Source of the DNA: Synergistaceae bacterium
GTDB taxonomy: Bacteria > Synergistota > Synergistia > Synergistales > Synergistaceae
Length of the DNA: 33,536 nucleotides
Reading direction: 5' to 3'
Assembly: GCA_031271065.1 (NCBI GenBank)
Contig: JAISWP010000042.1
Location: forward strand, 1-33,536
This document shows, piece after piece, positions 17,616-25,970 of the stretch. The notes beneath the pieces were generated by a model. That model was not told the origin of the DNA and ran no database searches. It saw only the letters and a program-made list of their open reading frames with translations. Each line of letters starts with the position of its first letter. The first letter of the stretch is position 1. Made by a program: the position numbers and the translations under genes.

Positions 17616-18104
17616 TCATTCGTCGTTCTCTCCTTTTGCCTGCGCCCGCGTCCGTGTCAGCAAAGACGCGGTCTCGACGGCGTCCGCGGCGGCTTCCGAT
17701 CCCCTGCAGCCTGATCCGCCCCCAGAGGACGCCGCCGCTCCTTCGAGACTCGCGCAGCAGAGCAGGCCAAGGCCGACCGGGACCCTCTGTTCCAGGGAAA
17801 TGCGGGACAGTCCTCCGACGACCTCGTCATAAATTTTTTCAGCGCCGCGGTCTCCTCCGATGACAGCGCCGACAGCCACAATCGCGTCATACCTGCCGGA
17901 CAGGGCCAGCTCATGAACCGCGAGAGGGAGTTCCCATATGCCCGGCGTCCTGTATACTTCTATATCGCTGTGACGGACTCCGTGCCTCGTCAGCGCGCCC
18001 ACCGCATCCTCGAGCAGTCTTTCCGAGATCAGCTCGAAACGGCGGGAAGCGGCGACGGCGCACCGAAGCCCGGTTCCAATGAGTGAGCCGCTTATCGTTT
18101 TCAT
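17616..18104 (-). CDS. ribH: 6,7-dimethyl-8-ribityllumazine synthase family protein (divergent)
   Basis: Collinear with RibH: GSLIGTGLRCAVAASRRFE, RHGV..SDIEVYRTPGIWELPLA, RYDAIVAVGAVI. The segments that hold catalytic residues in RibH are diverged (see findings). SD GGGGG lies 6 nt before the ATG. Confidence 0.72.
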   Translation of the reverse strand: MKTISGSLIGTGLRCAVAASRRFELISERLLEDAVGALTRHGVRHSDIEVYRTPGIWELPLAVHELALSGRYDAIVAVGAVIGGDRGAEKIYDEVVGGLSRISLEQRVPVGLGLLCCASLEGAAASSGGGSGCRGSEAAADAVETASLLTRTRAQAKGENDE

Positions 18105-18142
18105 GCACTACCCCCAAAATAAAAAAGACAATTCATCTCTGC

Positions 18143-18213
18143 CGGCGCACGCGCCGAACAGCGCATTTATTTATTATTTTACCAGAAGCTGCGCTTCCAG
18201 TGGCCTGTTCGGC
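18143..18213 (-). promoter_or_regulatory. structured RNA element between uvrC and the ribH-like gene (candidate leader or terminator region)
   Basis: Nested and overlapping stems on the minus-strand RNA. Outer 9-bp stem: GCCGAACAG (18205-18213) with CUGUUCGGC (18153-18161). Inner hairpin CUGGAAGC-gca-GCUUCUGG has two G.U pairs that are mismatches on the other strand. A GC hairpin CGGCG-cgug-CGCCG (18143-18156) competes for the 3' arm of the outer stem. A U-run follows at ~18121-18127. Confidence 0.3.
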
Positions 18214-18332
18214 TGAATTTAGCAAATTTAAATGAACTTTATTCCCTCAGCCTTCACTTCCATAACTTCTCGCCGAAATATGAAACCGGTGTTCAGCCGC
18301 GATCCGAGGCACAAGACGCCCGGTGGTTTTGG

Positions 18333-19802
18333 TCAATTCTGGACGGCCGATATATCGAGCGCTTTTGACACCCGTTCGGCAAGCACCGCCCCGACCCCGG
18401 GAACGGCGGTCAGCTCCTCGGGTGACAGACGCGCTATAGCCCTGATGCTCCCGAAACGCGACAGCAGCTGCGCCACACGGTTTTTGCCCATCCCTGGGAT
18501 ATTCTCCAGGGCGCTTCTTGAAAATTTTTTATCTCTGGCTCGCCTGTGAGAAGTTACGGCGAACCTGTGAGCTTCATCCCTGACCCTCTGCAGAAGCTGG
18601 AGGCCGGGATCGTCCAGGCTCAGGCGTATCGGAGCTCTGCTGTGGGGAACGTATATCTCCTCCTCTCTTTTTGCAAGGGAGACTATCGATATTCCCGACA
18701 GGCCGAGCTCCCGGAGGGATGAGAGGGCAAACTCGAGCTGCACCGGGCCGCCGTCTACCATGATGAGCTGAGGCGTCGGCTCTTCGCGTTCTATCGAACG
18801 CCTGTACCTCCTTTTCAGCGTCTCCTCCATTGACCTGAAGTCGTCTATGCCTTCTACAGTTTTGATGTTGAAACGCCGGTAAAGGGAAGTATTCGCTATA
18901 CCCTGTTCGAACACCACCACCACTCCGACGGTATTTTCTCCGGCCGTGTGGGATATGTCGTAACCGTCTATTCTCCAGGGCAGGGTCTTGAGCCCCAGCA
19001 CCTCCTGAAGCCTGCTGAGGGGGGTCCAGTCCAGCCTGTTTTCTTCGAACATGGCGGGGGTCGCCAGACGTTGGCGGGATACCCGCCATATCGCCCTTAT
19101 CGTGTCCCTGAGACGCGCGGCTTCCTCGAACTCCATTTTCGCCGCCGCCGCGTCCATCCTCCTGTGAAGGCGGTTCGCCAGGTCGGCGCCCTTGCCCTGA
19201 AGCAGCATGACGAGATCGGCGACCCTCTCCCGATATCGGGCCTCGGCGCACAGCCCGGCGCAGGGGGCGAGGCAGAGGCCGAGCGTGTGCCTCATGCAGG
19301 GACGCGTCATCGGCAGATTACCGGCACTGAGGCGGATGGAGCAGGTCCGAAGCGGAAAATACCTCTCGCTTATGCGCAGGAGGGAACGAAGGTCGCCGGC
19401 ACGGACGAAAGGGCCTATATAGACCGCCGCGTCGTCCTGTTTGTGACGGGTGACCACAGTCCTCGGGAAATCCTCGTTCGTCACCTTTATGAAAGGATAG
19501 CGCTCCCCCATCTTGAGTTCGACGTTGAAAAAAGGCTGATACAGCTTGATGAGCCTCGATTCCAAAACCATAGCCTCGGCCTCGCTGTCGGTCCTTATAG
19601 TCGAAATATCCGCTATGTCGGAGACCAGCCTCGCAAGACGCGGAGAAGCGAACGACGCGTGCCTGAAATAAGACGACACCCTTTTTTTGAGGGATTTCGC
19701 CTTCCCTATATAGATAGCTTTCCCGTCCTCCCCGTGCATCACGTACACCCCGGGTTTGTCGGGAAAGCGCCTGATCATTTTAAGCAGCTCTTCTCTTTCC
19801 AT
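18333..19802 (-). CDS. uvrC: excinuclease ABC subunit C (compact form)
   Basis: GIY-YIG (PGVYVMHGEDGKAIYIGKAKSLKKRVSSY), UVR motif (MEFEEAARLRDTIRAI), RNase H-like endonuclease (RIDGYDISH...DDF), and C-terminal (HhH)2 (IPGMGKNRVAQLL...VPGVGAVLAERV). Only 489 aa. Confidence 0.9.
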   Translation of the reverse strand: MEREELLKMIRRFPDKPGVYVMHGEDGKAIYIGKAKSLKKRVSSYFRHASFASPRLARLVSDIADISTIRTDSEAEAMVLESRLIKLYQPFFNVELKMGERYPFIKVTNEDFPRTVVTRHKQDDAAVYIGPFVRAGDLRSLLRISERYFPLRTCSIRLSAGNLPMTRPCMRHTLGLCLAPCAGLCAEARYRERVADLVMLLQGKGADLANRLHRRMDAAAAKMEFEEAARLRDTIRAIWRVSRQRLATPAMFEENRLDWTPLSRLQEVLGLKTLPWRIDGYDISHTAGENTVGVVVVFEQGIANTSLYRRFNIKTVEGIDDFRSMEETLKRRYRRSIEREEPTPQLIMVDGGPVQLEFALSSLRELGLSGISIVSLAKREEEIYVPHSRAPIRLSLDDPGLQLLQRVRDEAHRFAVTSHRRARDKKFSRSALENIPGMGKNRVAQLLSRFGSIRAIARLSPEELTAVPGVGAVLAERVSKALDISAVQN

Positions 19803-19952
19803 TCCAAACGCGCTTTCCGATATTCAAAATAAAACTCTGCCCCGGCAGCTCTCTGGCCGGTAAATTACATAAAGGGCGGTATAGTGCTCAGTGGCATTAT
19901 AGTATAAGATATGCAAGTATGCTATAAAAATCCTCAGGAGGTGCAACTCTGC

Positions 19953-21371
19953 TTGAAGCTGCGGTTATATAACGATCTGTCCGGCAGCATGGAACTATTT
20001 GAGCCTATGGAACCGGGCCGCGTGAAGTTTTACACTTGCGGCCCTACCGTGTACGATTACTTCCATATAGGCAACGCCAGACCATTTATAGTTTTCGACG
20101 TACTGCGCAGATATTTTGAATCAAAAGGTCTCAGTGTGACATTCATACAAAATTTCACGGATATAGACGACAAAATGATACAGAGAGCGGATCAGATGGG
20201 AGTCACGGTCAGGGAGCTCGCGGACAGATTCATAGCCGCCTACTATGAGGACGCGGACTCCCTGGGCATACGCAGGGCCACTTACAATCCCAGGGCGACG
20301 GAGGAAATCCCGGCGATACTGGAACTCATTCAGGCCCTGATAGACAAGGGACACGCTTATCCGGCGGACGGTGACGTCTATTTCGAGGTGGATACATTCC
20401 CGCCGTACGGCAAGCTCTCGAAACAGAGCCTCGAGGACCTGCACGCCGGCGCCCGGGTGGAGGTGGACGAGCGCAAACGCGCCCCGCTCGATTTCACCCT
20501 ATGGAAGGCGCAGAAACCCGGAGAACCGGCGTGGGACAGCCCGTGGGGCATGGGACGGCCGGGATGGCACATTGAATGCAGCGCCATGGCCCGTCATCAC
20601 CTCGGCGATACGATAGACATCCACGGCGGCGGCAGCGATCTCATGTTCCCCCATCACGAGAACGAGATCGCCCAGAGCGAGGCGGCAAGCGGCAAGCCAT
20701 TCGCCCGTTTCTGGATACACAACGGATATCTGATGGTGGACCGGGAAAAGATGTCGAAGTCCCTCGGCAATTTCTTCACCGTCCGTGAGGTGCGCGCCAG
20801 GTATTCCGCCCAGGTGATACGGCTTTTCATGCTGTCGGCGCACTACCGCTCTCCCATAAATTTCTCACGTGAGACGCTGGAACAGGCACAGCACGCTCAC
20901 GAGCGCCTTCGCAACGGATGGGCCGAGATAGAATTCGCCATGAAAACCCGCCCCTGCGACGTGGTGCCCTGCGAACCGGACGCCGAACTGCGGGAGGAGC
21001 TCAAAAACGCGCGGGAGCTATTCGACGAGAGTATGGAGGACGATTTCAACACAGCCGGAGCGATCGGAGCGGTGTTCGACGTGATACGGGCCACCAACGT
21101 GTCCCTGGGACGCACGGGCGGGATCGATTACGAGACGGTGAGCGAGGCTGCCGATTTCCTCCGCACGGTCGACGACGTGATGGGCATAATCGGAATGACA
21201 TACGGCGGCGAAGATGCCGAATCCTCGGAGATCGAATCTCTCATCGAGGAAAGAAGCGAGGCGAGAAAGAACAAAAATTTCGCCAGGTCCGACGAGATAC
21301 GCGGAATACTCTCCGAACGCGGCGTCATACTGGAGGACACCCCGCAGGGCACCAGATGGAAGCGGGCATAG
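19953..21371 (+). CDS. cysS: cysteine--tRNA ligase
   Basis: FYTCGPTVYDYFHIGNARPF (HIGH motif) and KMSKSLGNFF. The track ORF starts at ATG 19911. TTG 19953 (MKLRLYNDLSG...) gives the canonical CysRS N-terminus and follows a perfect AGGAGGTG at 19936-19943. Confidence 0.92.
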   Translation: MKLRLYNDLSGSMELFEPMEPGRVKFYTCGPTVYDYFHIGNARPFIVFDVLRRYFESKGLSVTFIQNFTDIDDKMIQRADQMGVTVRELADRFIAAYYEDADSLGIRRATYNPRATEEIPAILELIQALIDKGHAYPADGDVYFEVDTFPPYGKLSKQSLEDLHAGARVEVDERKRAPLDFTLWKAQKPGEPAWDSPWGMGRPGWHIECSAMARHHLGDTIDIHGGGSDLMFPHHENEIAQSEAASGKPFARFWIHNGYLMVDREKMSKSLGNFFTVREVRARYSAQVIRLFMLSAHYRSPINFSRETLEQAQHAHERLRNGWAEIEFAMKTRPCDVVPCEPDAELREELKNARELFDESMEDDFNTAGAIGAVFDVIRATNVSLGRTGGIDYETVSEAADFLRTVDDVMGIIGMTYGGEDAESSEIESLIEERSEARKNKNFARSDEIRGILSERGVILEDTPQGTRWKRA

Positions 21372-21416
21372 GGCAGGCGGCAGGCCCCTTGTTTTATGTC
21401 AGCCTCTGCAGTGCTG

Positions 21417-21458
21417 TAAAAACAGAAGCGGGTCAGGCGGGGCGGCCTGACCTGCTTC
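21417..21458 (-). terminator. intrinsic terminator of the nitroreductase-like gene (the hairpin may also stop convergent cysS)
   Basis: 14-bp stem 21425-21438/21445-21458 (GAAGCAGGUCAGGC...GCCUGACCCGCUUC, one G.U pair) with a 6-nt loop. Followed on the minus strand by UGUUUUUA (21417-21424). Confidence 0.6.
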
Positions 21459-21495
21459 AGTAATCGCTCGAAAATTCCCGAGTTTTATGACAGCT

Positions 21496-22140
21496 TTACC
21501 TTTTACCGAGAGGCATTATGCAAATGGGCGTTTCGTCCCCCTCGAGCCTGAGTTCCCGCGTCACCTCTCCGGCATTCATCGAGATCATATAACGCGTGCT
21601 GATGCCGAGGGAATCCGCCGCCAGATAGACATTCTGGGACATGGCGCCGGACGCCGTGTACATCAGCGCGTTGTTCCCGTTGGCTCTCGACATCGATCCG
21701 AGGTTTTTAGCGTCCGTTACGAATATCAGCACGCAGGGAGACTCCCGGACGAAACCGTCGCCGCTTATGTCGCTCAGAACGTTTTTGGACGATATTTCGA
21801 CAAGCGAATGTTCATCCCAGTCGTATAGAAAGACCCCGTCCGGCCGCACCGCGTATATTTTGACGTAAGGCGGCCTGCCCCCTGCCATAGGAACGGTCCA
21901 TCCGCCGCCGTCCCTGTTGCGCCCTGTCGCGGCCCAGAGTATTGCGGAGAGTTCCTCGTCCGCGACCGCGTTTCTTGGAAACGCGCCCCTGGTCCCTGAT
22001 GCCCTTCTTTCGAGCAGGACGAATATGCCCTCCCCGCCGGCGCGCTTCGGTTCGGGCAGTTTTATGTCCGCCCATGACGCTCCAGCCGCCGTAAAACAAC
22101 CTATGATCACGCTCAAAAACAAAATCACCCTGCGCAGCAA
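21496..22140 (-). CDS. exported nitroreductase-fold (SagB-like) protein
   Basis: ERRASGTRGAFPRNAVADEELSAILWAATGRNRDGG...PYVKIYAVRPDGVFLYD resembles nitroreductase/SagB-type proteins. The track starts at ATG 22176, which has no SD. TTG 22138-22140 follows AAGGAGG (22149-22155) with an 8-nt spacer. It yields the signal peptide MLRRVILFLSVIIGC. Confidence 0.72.
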   Translation of the reverse strand: MLRRVILFLSVIIGCFTAAGASWADIKLPEPKRAGGEGIFVLLERRASGTRGAFPRNAVADEELSAILWAATGRNRDGGGWTVPMAGGRPPYVKIYAVRPDGVFLYDWDEHSLVEISSKNVLSDISGDGFVRESPCVLIFVTDAKNLGSMSRANGNNALMYTASGAMSQNVYLAADSLGISTRYMISMNAGEVTRELRLEGDETPICIMPLGKR

Positions 22141-22229
22141 TTCGACCGCCTCCTTATATATTCCGCAGCGTTTCATGAATCGGTAATCATTGCATCATCA
22201 AGGGTATCCGATGACAATGTATAAATACG

Positions 22230-23291
22230 TCATGCGAACTCGTCCAGGGACTGCTTGAGATGAATGGCCAAAGACGTCTCCATATCTTCCGTTCCTCCTG
22301 AAGCCACCGCTTTCCCCCGCCTGAAAAGCACAAAACCCTTCGGGGTCCCCGCAATCCCTATATCGGCGGCTGCCGCTTCCTGCGGCCCGTTGACCTCGCA
22401 TCCCATCACCGCTATGGTGAACCCGTCGGGCAGCCCTTCCGGCAGGATGCCCTTGACTTTCGCCAGCAGATCGGAGACGTCCACGCGTCTTCTGCCGCAG
22501 CAGGGACAGCTTATGATATCCACGCCGCGTCTGCGCATATTGAGCGAACGGAGCAGCGTGAAGCCCGCCTCCGCCTCCTGTACGGACTCTCCGGTCAGGC
22601 TCACCCTTATAGTGTCGCCTATACCCTGGGCCAGCAGTATCGCGAGTCCCGCCGCGCTCTTGACCGCTCCGCTCATCCCTGCCCCGGCCTCAGTTATTCC
22701 TATGTGCATCGGAAAATCATATCTGCCGGAAAGCATATGATTGGCCCTCACAGTTTCGGTGACGGAACTCGACTTCGCCGATATTATTATGTCCTCGAAC
22801 CCCGACCGCGTCAGCAGTTCGATCTGTTCCGCAGCCGCGTTGACCAGCGCCAGCGCTCTGTCTCCTCCGCAGGCGGCAATGCGGGACGCGCCGATGGATC
22901 CTCCGTTCGCGCCTATCCTGATGACGGCCCCGTTGGATTCAGCGGCGGACAGCACCGACTCCAGCCCCGCCCTGCCGCTCATGTTCCCGGGATTTATCCT
23001 GATCGACGCCGCGCCGCAATCCAGGGCCGTCAGGGCGAATTTATGATTGAAGTGGATATCGGCCATTATCGGTATCTCTGAGCGCTCTATGATTTTCGAG
23101 AGATTCGGACCGCACGAATCGTCGGGAAACGCAACCCGCACCAGTTCGCACCCCGCTTTTCGCAGACCGCCTATTTCCTCAAGACACTTCTCGGTGTCCT
23201 CGATCCGCGATTTGAGCATGCTCTCGACCCTGACCGGAGCTCCGCCGCCGATCTCCAAGCCGCGTATATTGACCTTGCCCGAACTCGCCAT
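22230..23291 (-). CDS. ispG: 4-hydroxy-3-methylbut-2-en-1-yl diphosphate synthase
   Basis: IRINPGN, the IISCPCCGRRRVD and VMGCEVNGPQEA cysteine motifs, and RVAFPD. Start at ATG 23289-23291, with GGAGG 5 nt upstream. The 20-codon extension in the track would begin almost at the predicted transcription start. Confidence 0.9.
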   Translation of the reverse strand: MASSGKVNIRGLEIGGGAPVRVESMLKSRIEDTEKCLEEIGGLRKAGCELVRVAFPDDSCGPNLSKIIERSEIPIMADIHFNHKFALTALDCGAASIRINPGNMSGRAGLESVLSAAESNGAVIRIGANGGSIGASRIAACGGDRALALVNAAAEQIELLTRSGFEDIIISAKSSSVTETVRANHMLSGRYDFPMHIGITEAGAGMSGAVKSAAGLAILLAQGIGDTIRVSLTGESVQEAEAGFTLLRSLNMRRRGVDIISCPCCGRRRVDVSDLLAKVKGILPEGLPDGFTIAVMGCEVNGPQEAAAADIGIAGTPKGFVLFRRGKAVASGGTEDMETSLAIHLKQSLDEFA

Positions 23292-23367
23292 TAAAACCTC
23301 CGTCGTTTTTATCTGCCGCCAGCCCCGTTTACCTGTGATAAGTCCCGGCACATTTTAATATACAAAA

Positions 23368-23376
23368 ATTATACCA
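23368..23376 (-). promoter_or_regulatory. extended -10 promoter element upstream of ispG
   Basis: Minus strand reads TGgTATAAT. No convincing -35. About 75 nt upstream of the ispG ATG and just downstream of the gdh terminator. Confidence 0.45.
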
Positions 23377-23537
23377 GCGCGGCGTCCCATTGGGGCAAAA
23401 TCAAACAGAAATCCGGCAATATCTATGATCGCCCAGCCTGTGCGCGGTGCGCGCAGACCCATGAACTATCCCAGCGGCGTATGCCGGCTTCCTGCTCAAA
23501 ATCCGCGCTGGACGCCGCCGGCGCCGGGCGTACACGG

Positions 23538-23563
23538 AAAAGGGCCGGCGATTTCGCCGGCCC
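23538..23563 (-). terminator. intrinsic terminator of gdh
   Basis: GGGCCGGCG-aaau-CGCCGGCCC is a perfect 9-bp GC stem, followed by UUUU. It starts 35 nt after the gdh stop. Confidence 0.8.
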
Positions 23564-23597
23564 GTGACACTTTGTATCTCTTTTTAAGAGAAAATTC

Positions 23598-24875
23598 CTA
23601 CAGGAACGTTCCTCTCATCTTCACCGCGTCCGCCACGCGCTTTATGGCGACGAGGAACGCGGCGCGGCGCATTTTTACGTCGTGCACCTTCGAATAATTC
23701 CACACCCTGTGGAAATTGTCCGTCATTATTGGGATGAGCCTGCTATTGTACTCATCTTCCGTCCAGAAGTACCCGTTCAAGTTCTGGACCCACTCGAAGT
23801 AGGAGCCTATGACGCCGCCGGAATTTGCCAGGAAGTCGGGCACCACGATAATCCCCTTGGAAGCGAGCGCCTCGTCGGCCTCCGGCGTTACGGGACCGTT
23901 AGCCCCCTCAACTATGTATCTCGCTTTTATCTTATCGGCGTTCCTGGCGCTGACCGCGCCCTCCAGCGCGCATGGAGCCAGCACATCGGCGTCGGCTTCC
24001 AATATCTCTTCGCCCGATACCTTTGAAAGTCCCGGCTGAGTGAAACCCTCCAGCATCTTCTTCGGGTGGCTGGAGACGTGATCGAACGCTTTTTTGACGT
24101 CGATTCCGTCAGGCGCGTAATATCCGCCGGTCACGTCGGATATGCCGACTATTTTCGCCCCAACCTCGGACATGAATTTCGCCGCGTAGGATCCGACGTT
24201 GCCAAAGCCCTGAATGATGATCTCAGTGCCTTCGGAGCCGATTTTTTCTACCGCCAGAAGTTCCTTGATGCAGGTGGCCACGCCCAGTCCGGTGGCGGCG
24301 GTCCTCCCCTTCGAACCCCAGATCGATACCGGTTTCCCAGTGACGACGCCAGGCTCGAATCTGCCGCGCATCTTGCTGATGGTGTCCATGAACCATATCA
24401 TCTCCGGGGCTCCGGTGTTCACATCAGGCGCCGGAACGTCCTCCCATTCCCCTACTATAGGGGATATGCGGGCCGCGAAGCTGCGGGTGAGACGTTCTCT
24501 CTCCGACATCGAAAGCTCCAGAGGATCGCAGGCGATCCCGCCCTTGCCGCCGCCGTAAGGGATGCCGGCCAGGGAACATTTCCAGGTCATAAGACTCCCG
24601 AGAGCCTCGCACTCCTCCAGGTTGACATCCGGGTGATACCTGAATCCCCCTTTAGCGGGTCCAAGCGCCGTGGAATGCTGAACACGGTAACCCTCGAATA
24701 CCCGTATGCTGCCATCGTCCATAGCAACCGGGAGCGAAACGCAGATCGCGCGTTCGGGACGGCTCAGTATCTCGACCAGACCATCCTCCAACCCCATCTC
24801 CTCTGCCGCTCCGTAAAAATTTTCCAGCGCGGTATCGAGAAGCACGTTTTTTGAAGTGCGTCTGACAATTGACAT
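23598..24875 (-). CDS. gdhA: glutamate dehydrogenase (Glu/Leu/Phe/Val dehydrogenase family)
   Basis: GPAKGGFRYHP, PYGGGKGGIACDP, and the dinucleotide-fold segment IIQGFGNVGSYAAKF. 425 aa. GGAGG lies 10 nt upstream of the ATG. Confidence 0.93.
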   Translation of the reverse strand: MSIVRRTSKNVLLDTALENFYGAAEEMGLEDGLVEILSRPERAICVSLPVAMDDGSIRVFEGYRVQHSTALGPAKGGFRYHPDVNLEECEALGSLMTWKCSLAGIPYGGGKGGIACDPLELSMSERERLTRSFAARISPIVGEWEDVPAPDVNTGAPEMIWFMDTISKMRGRFEPGVVTGKPVSIWGSKGRTAATGLGVATCIKELLAVEKIGSEGTEIIIQGFGNVGSYAAKFMSEVGAKIVGISDVTGGYYAPDGIDVKKAFDHVSSHPKKMLEGFTQPGLSKVSGEEILEADADVLAPCALEGAVSARNADKIKARYIVEGANGPVTPEADEALASKGIIVVPDFLANSGGVIGSYFEWVQNLNGYFWTEDEYNSRLIPIMTDNFHRVWNYSKVHDVKMRRAAFLVAIKRVADAVKMRGTFL

Positions 24876-24949
24876 TACTCTTATACCTCCTCAGAGTGTT
24901 TTGATGCAAAAAAACAATGCTTGCCGTCAAGGAAAGTTATCTCGGGAAT

Positions 24950-24977
24950 ATTGTATGACTTTCTTGCGGAAAGTAAA
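24950..24977 (-). promoter_or_regulatory. candidate gdh promoter
   Basis: Minus strand reads TTTACT (24972-24977), a 16-nt spacer, then TACAAT (24950-24955), inside a 168-bp AT-rich spacer. Confidence 0.35.
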
Positions 24978-25043
24978 GCCGTATTTTTGTGCAAAATTAT
25001 TCAGATTATTATGCAAAACTTTGGATAATTATGAATTCGGTTT

Positions 25044-25970
25044 CTAAACAAAAAATGATATAAATTGGCCGGGCATCGGCGATTTTATCGTGAGTCCCTC
25101 TATACCTGGCAGCGACGAGTCGTCCGGAAAGGAGAGGGAGTAAGCGTGAAGCATGGGGCGTGGAAATGAGCGCGCGTGCCGCTCGAAGCCGTACTTCTCG
25201 TCCCCGGCTATGGGAAATCCCAGCAGGGCAAGATGCGCCCTCGCCTGATGCGGGCGGCCGGTGACCAGTTCTATCTCCGCCAGGGAATAAGGGGATTTGA
25301 AGCGTATTCTGCGGAAAAGCGTAAGTGAATCCATGCCGGAATCCCCCGGGCGGGCCGCGCAGACGATATTGCGCCGCCCGTCCTTGACAAGAGGGATGTC
25401 TATCCTGCCCGTTTCAGGTATTTTCCCGTATACGACAGCCCTGTATATTTTTTTGACCGCTCCATTGCGCATATGTTCCGAAATGGCCCGCAGCGCCGGG
25501 TAAGTCAGGGCAATCGCGGTGACTCCCGACACGTTGCGGTCGAGCCGTCCGGTCACCGCCGGCCTGAAGTCGTCCCTTTTCCAGCCGAGCATATGCCACG
25601 CCCTTGTTATTACGGAATCACCTCCCGGTTCGTCCGGCTGGGCCAAAAGACCCGGAGGCTTGTCGACGCACCAGAGGAATTCGTTCCTGAAAAGGGTTGA
25701 GAGAGTGAGGTCCCCTCCGGCGTTTTCTTCATCATTATTATCGGAAATAATGCCCCGGGCGTCCCGCGTCCAGGGCACGGCCACCTCGTCTCCGGCGGAC
25801 AGGCGGAAATCGCCGCTTGCTTTGCGGCCGTTCACCCGCACGGAACCGTTTCGGATCGACTTCATCACCGCCCCGAGGGGGACGTCCCTGAAAAGCCCTC
25901 TCAGTACGCGGTCGAGGCGCCTGTCCGCCTGGTCCCCAGTGGCTCTGAAGCTATATCTTTCATTGATCAT
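25044..25970 (-). CDS. RluA-family 23S rRNA pseudouridine synthase with N-terminal S4 domain
   Basis: S4-like RLDRVLRGLF...SIRNGSVRVNGRK. Catalytic motif TGRLDRNVSGVTAIAL. C-terminal GRPHQARAHLALLGFPIAGDEKYG. Confidence 0.85.
   Translation of the reverse strand: MINERYSFRATGDQADRRLDRVLRGLFRDVPLGAVMKSIRNGSVRVNGRKASGDFRLSAGDEVAVPWTRDARGIISDNNDEENAGGDLTLSTLFRNEFLWCVDKPPGLLAQPDEPGGDSVITRAWHMLGWKRDDFRPAVTGRLDRNVSGVTAIALTYPALRAISEHMRNGAVKKIYRAVVYGKIPETGRIDIPLVKDGRRNIVCAARPGDSGMDSLTLFRRIRFKSPYSLAEIELVTGRPHQARAHLALLGFPIAGDEKYGFERHARSFPRPMLHAYSLSFPDDSSLPGIEGLTIKSPMPGQFISFFV

Noticed and set aside
18105-18332. FMN riboswitch upstream of the ribH-like gene.
   Set aside because: The conserved FMN-element core segments are not recognisable. 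The structure present is reported separately as an uncharacterised element.
19803-19952. Possible T-box or other riboswitch upstream of cysS (and similarly upstream of thrS, 27025..27223).
   Set aside because: The leaders are only ~50-130 nt long. I could not find the conserved T-box sequence (AAUUAGGGUGGUACCGCG-like) or a terminator/antiterminator pair with a U-tract.
21372-21400. Short GC stem (GGGC...GCCC) followed by TTGTTTT immediately after the cysS stop, as a cysS terminator.
   Set aside because: The stem is only 3-4 bp. The larger hairpin at 21425-21458 is the more credible structure, so the weak one is not called.
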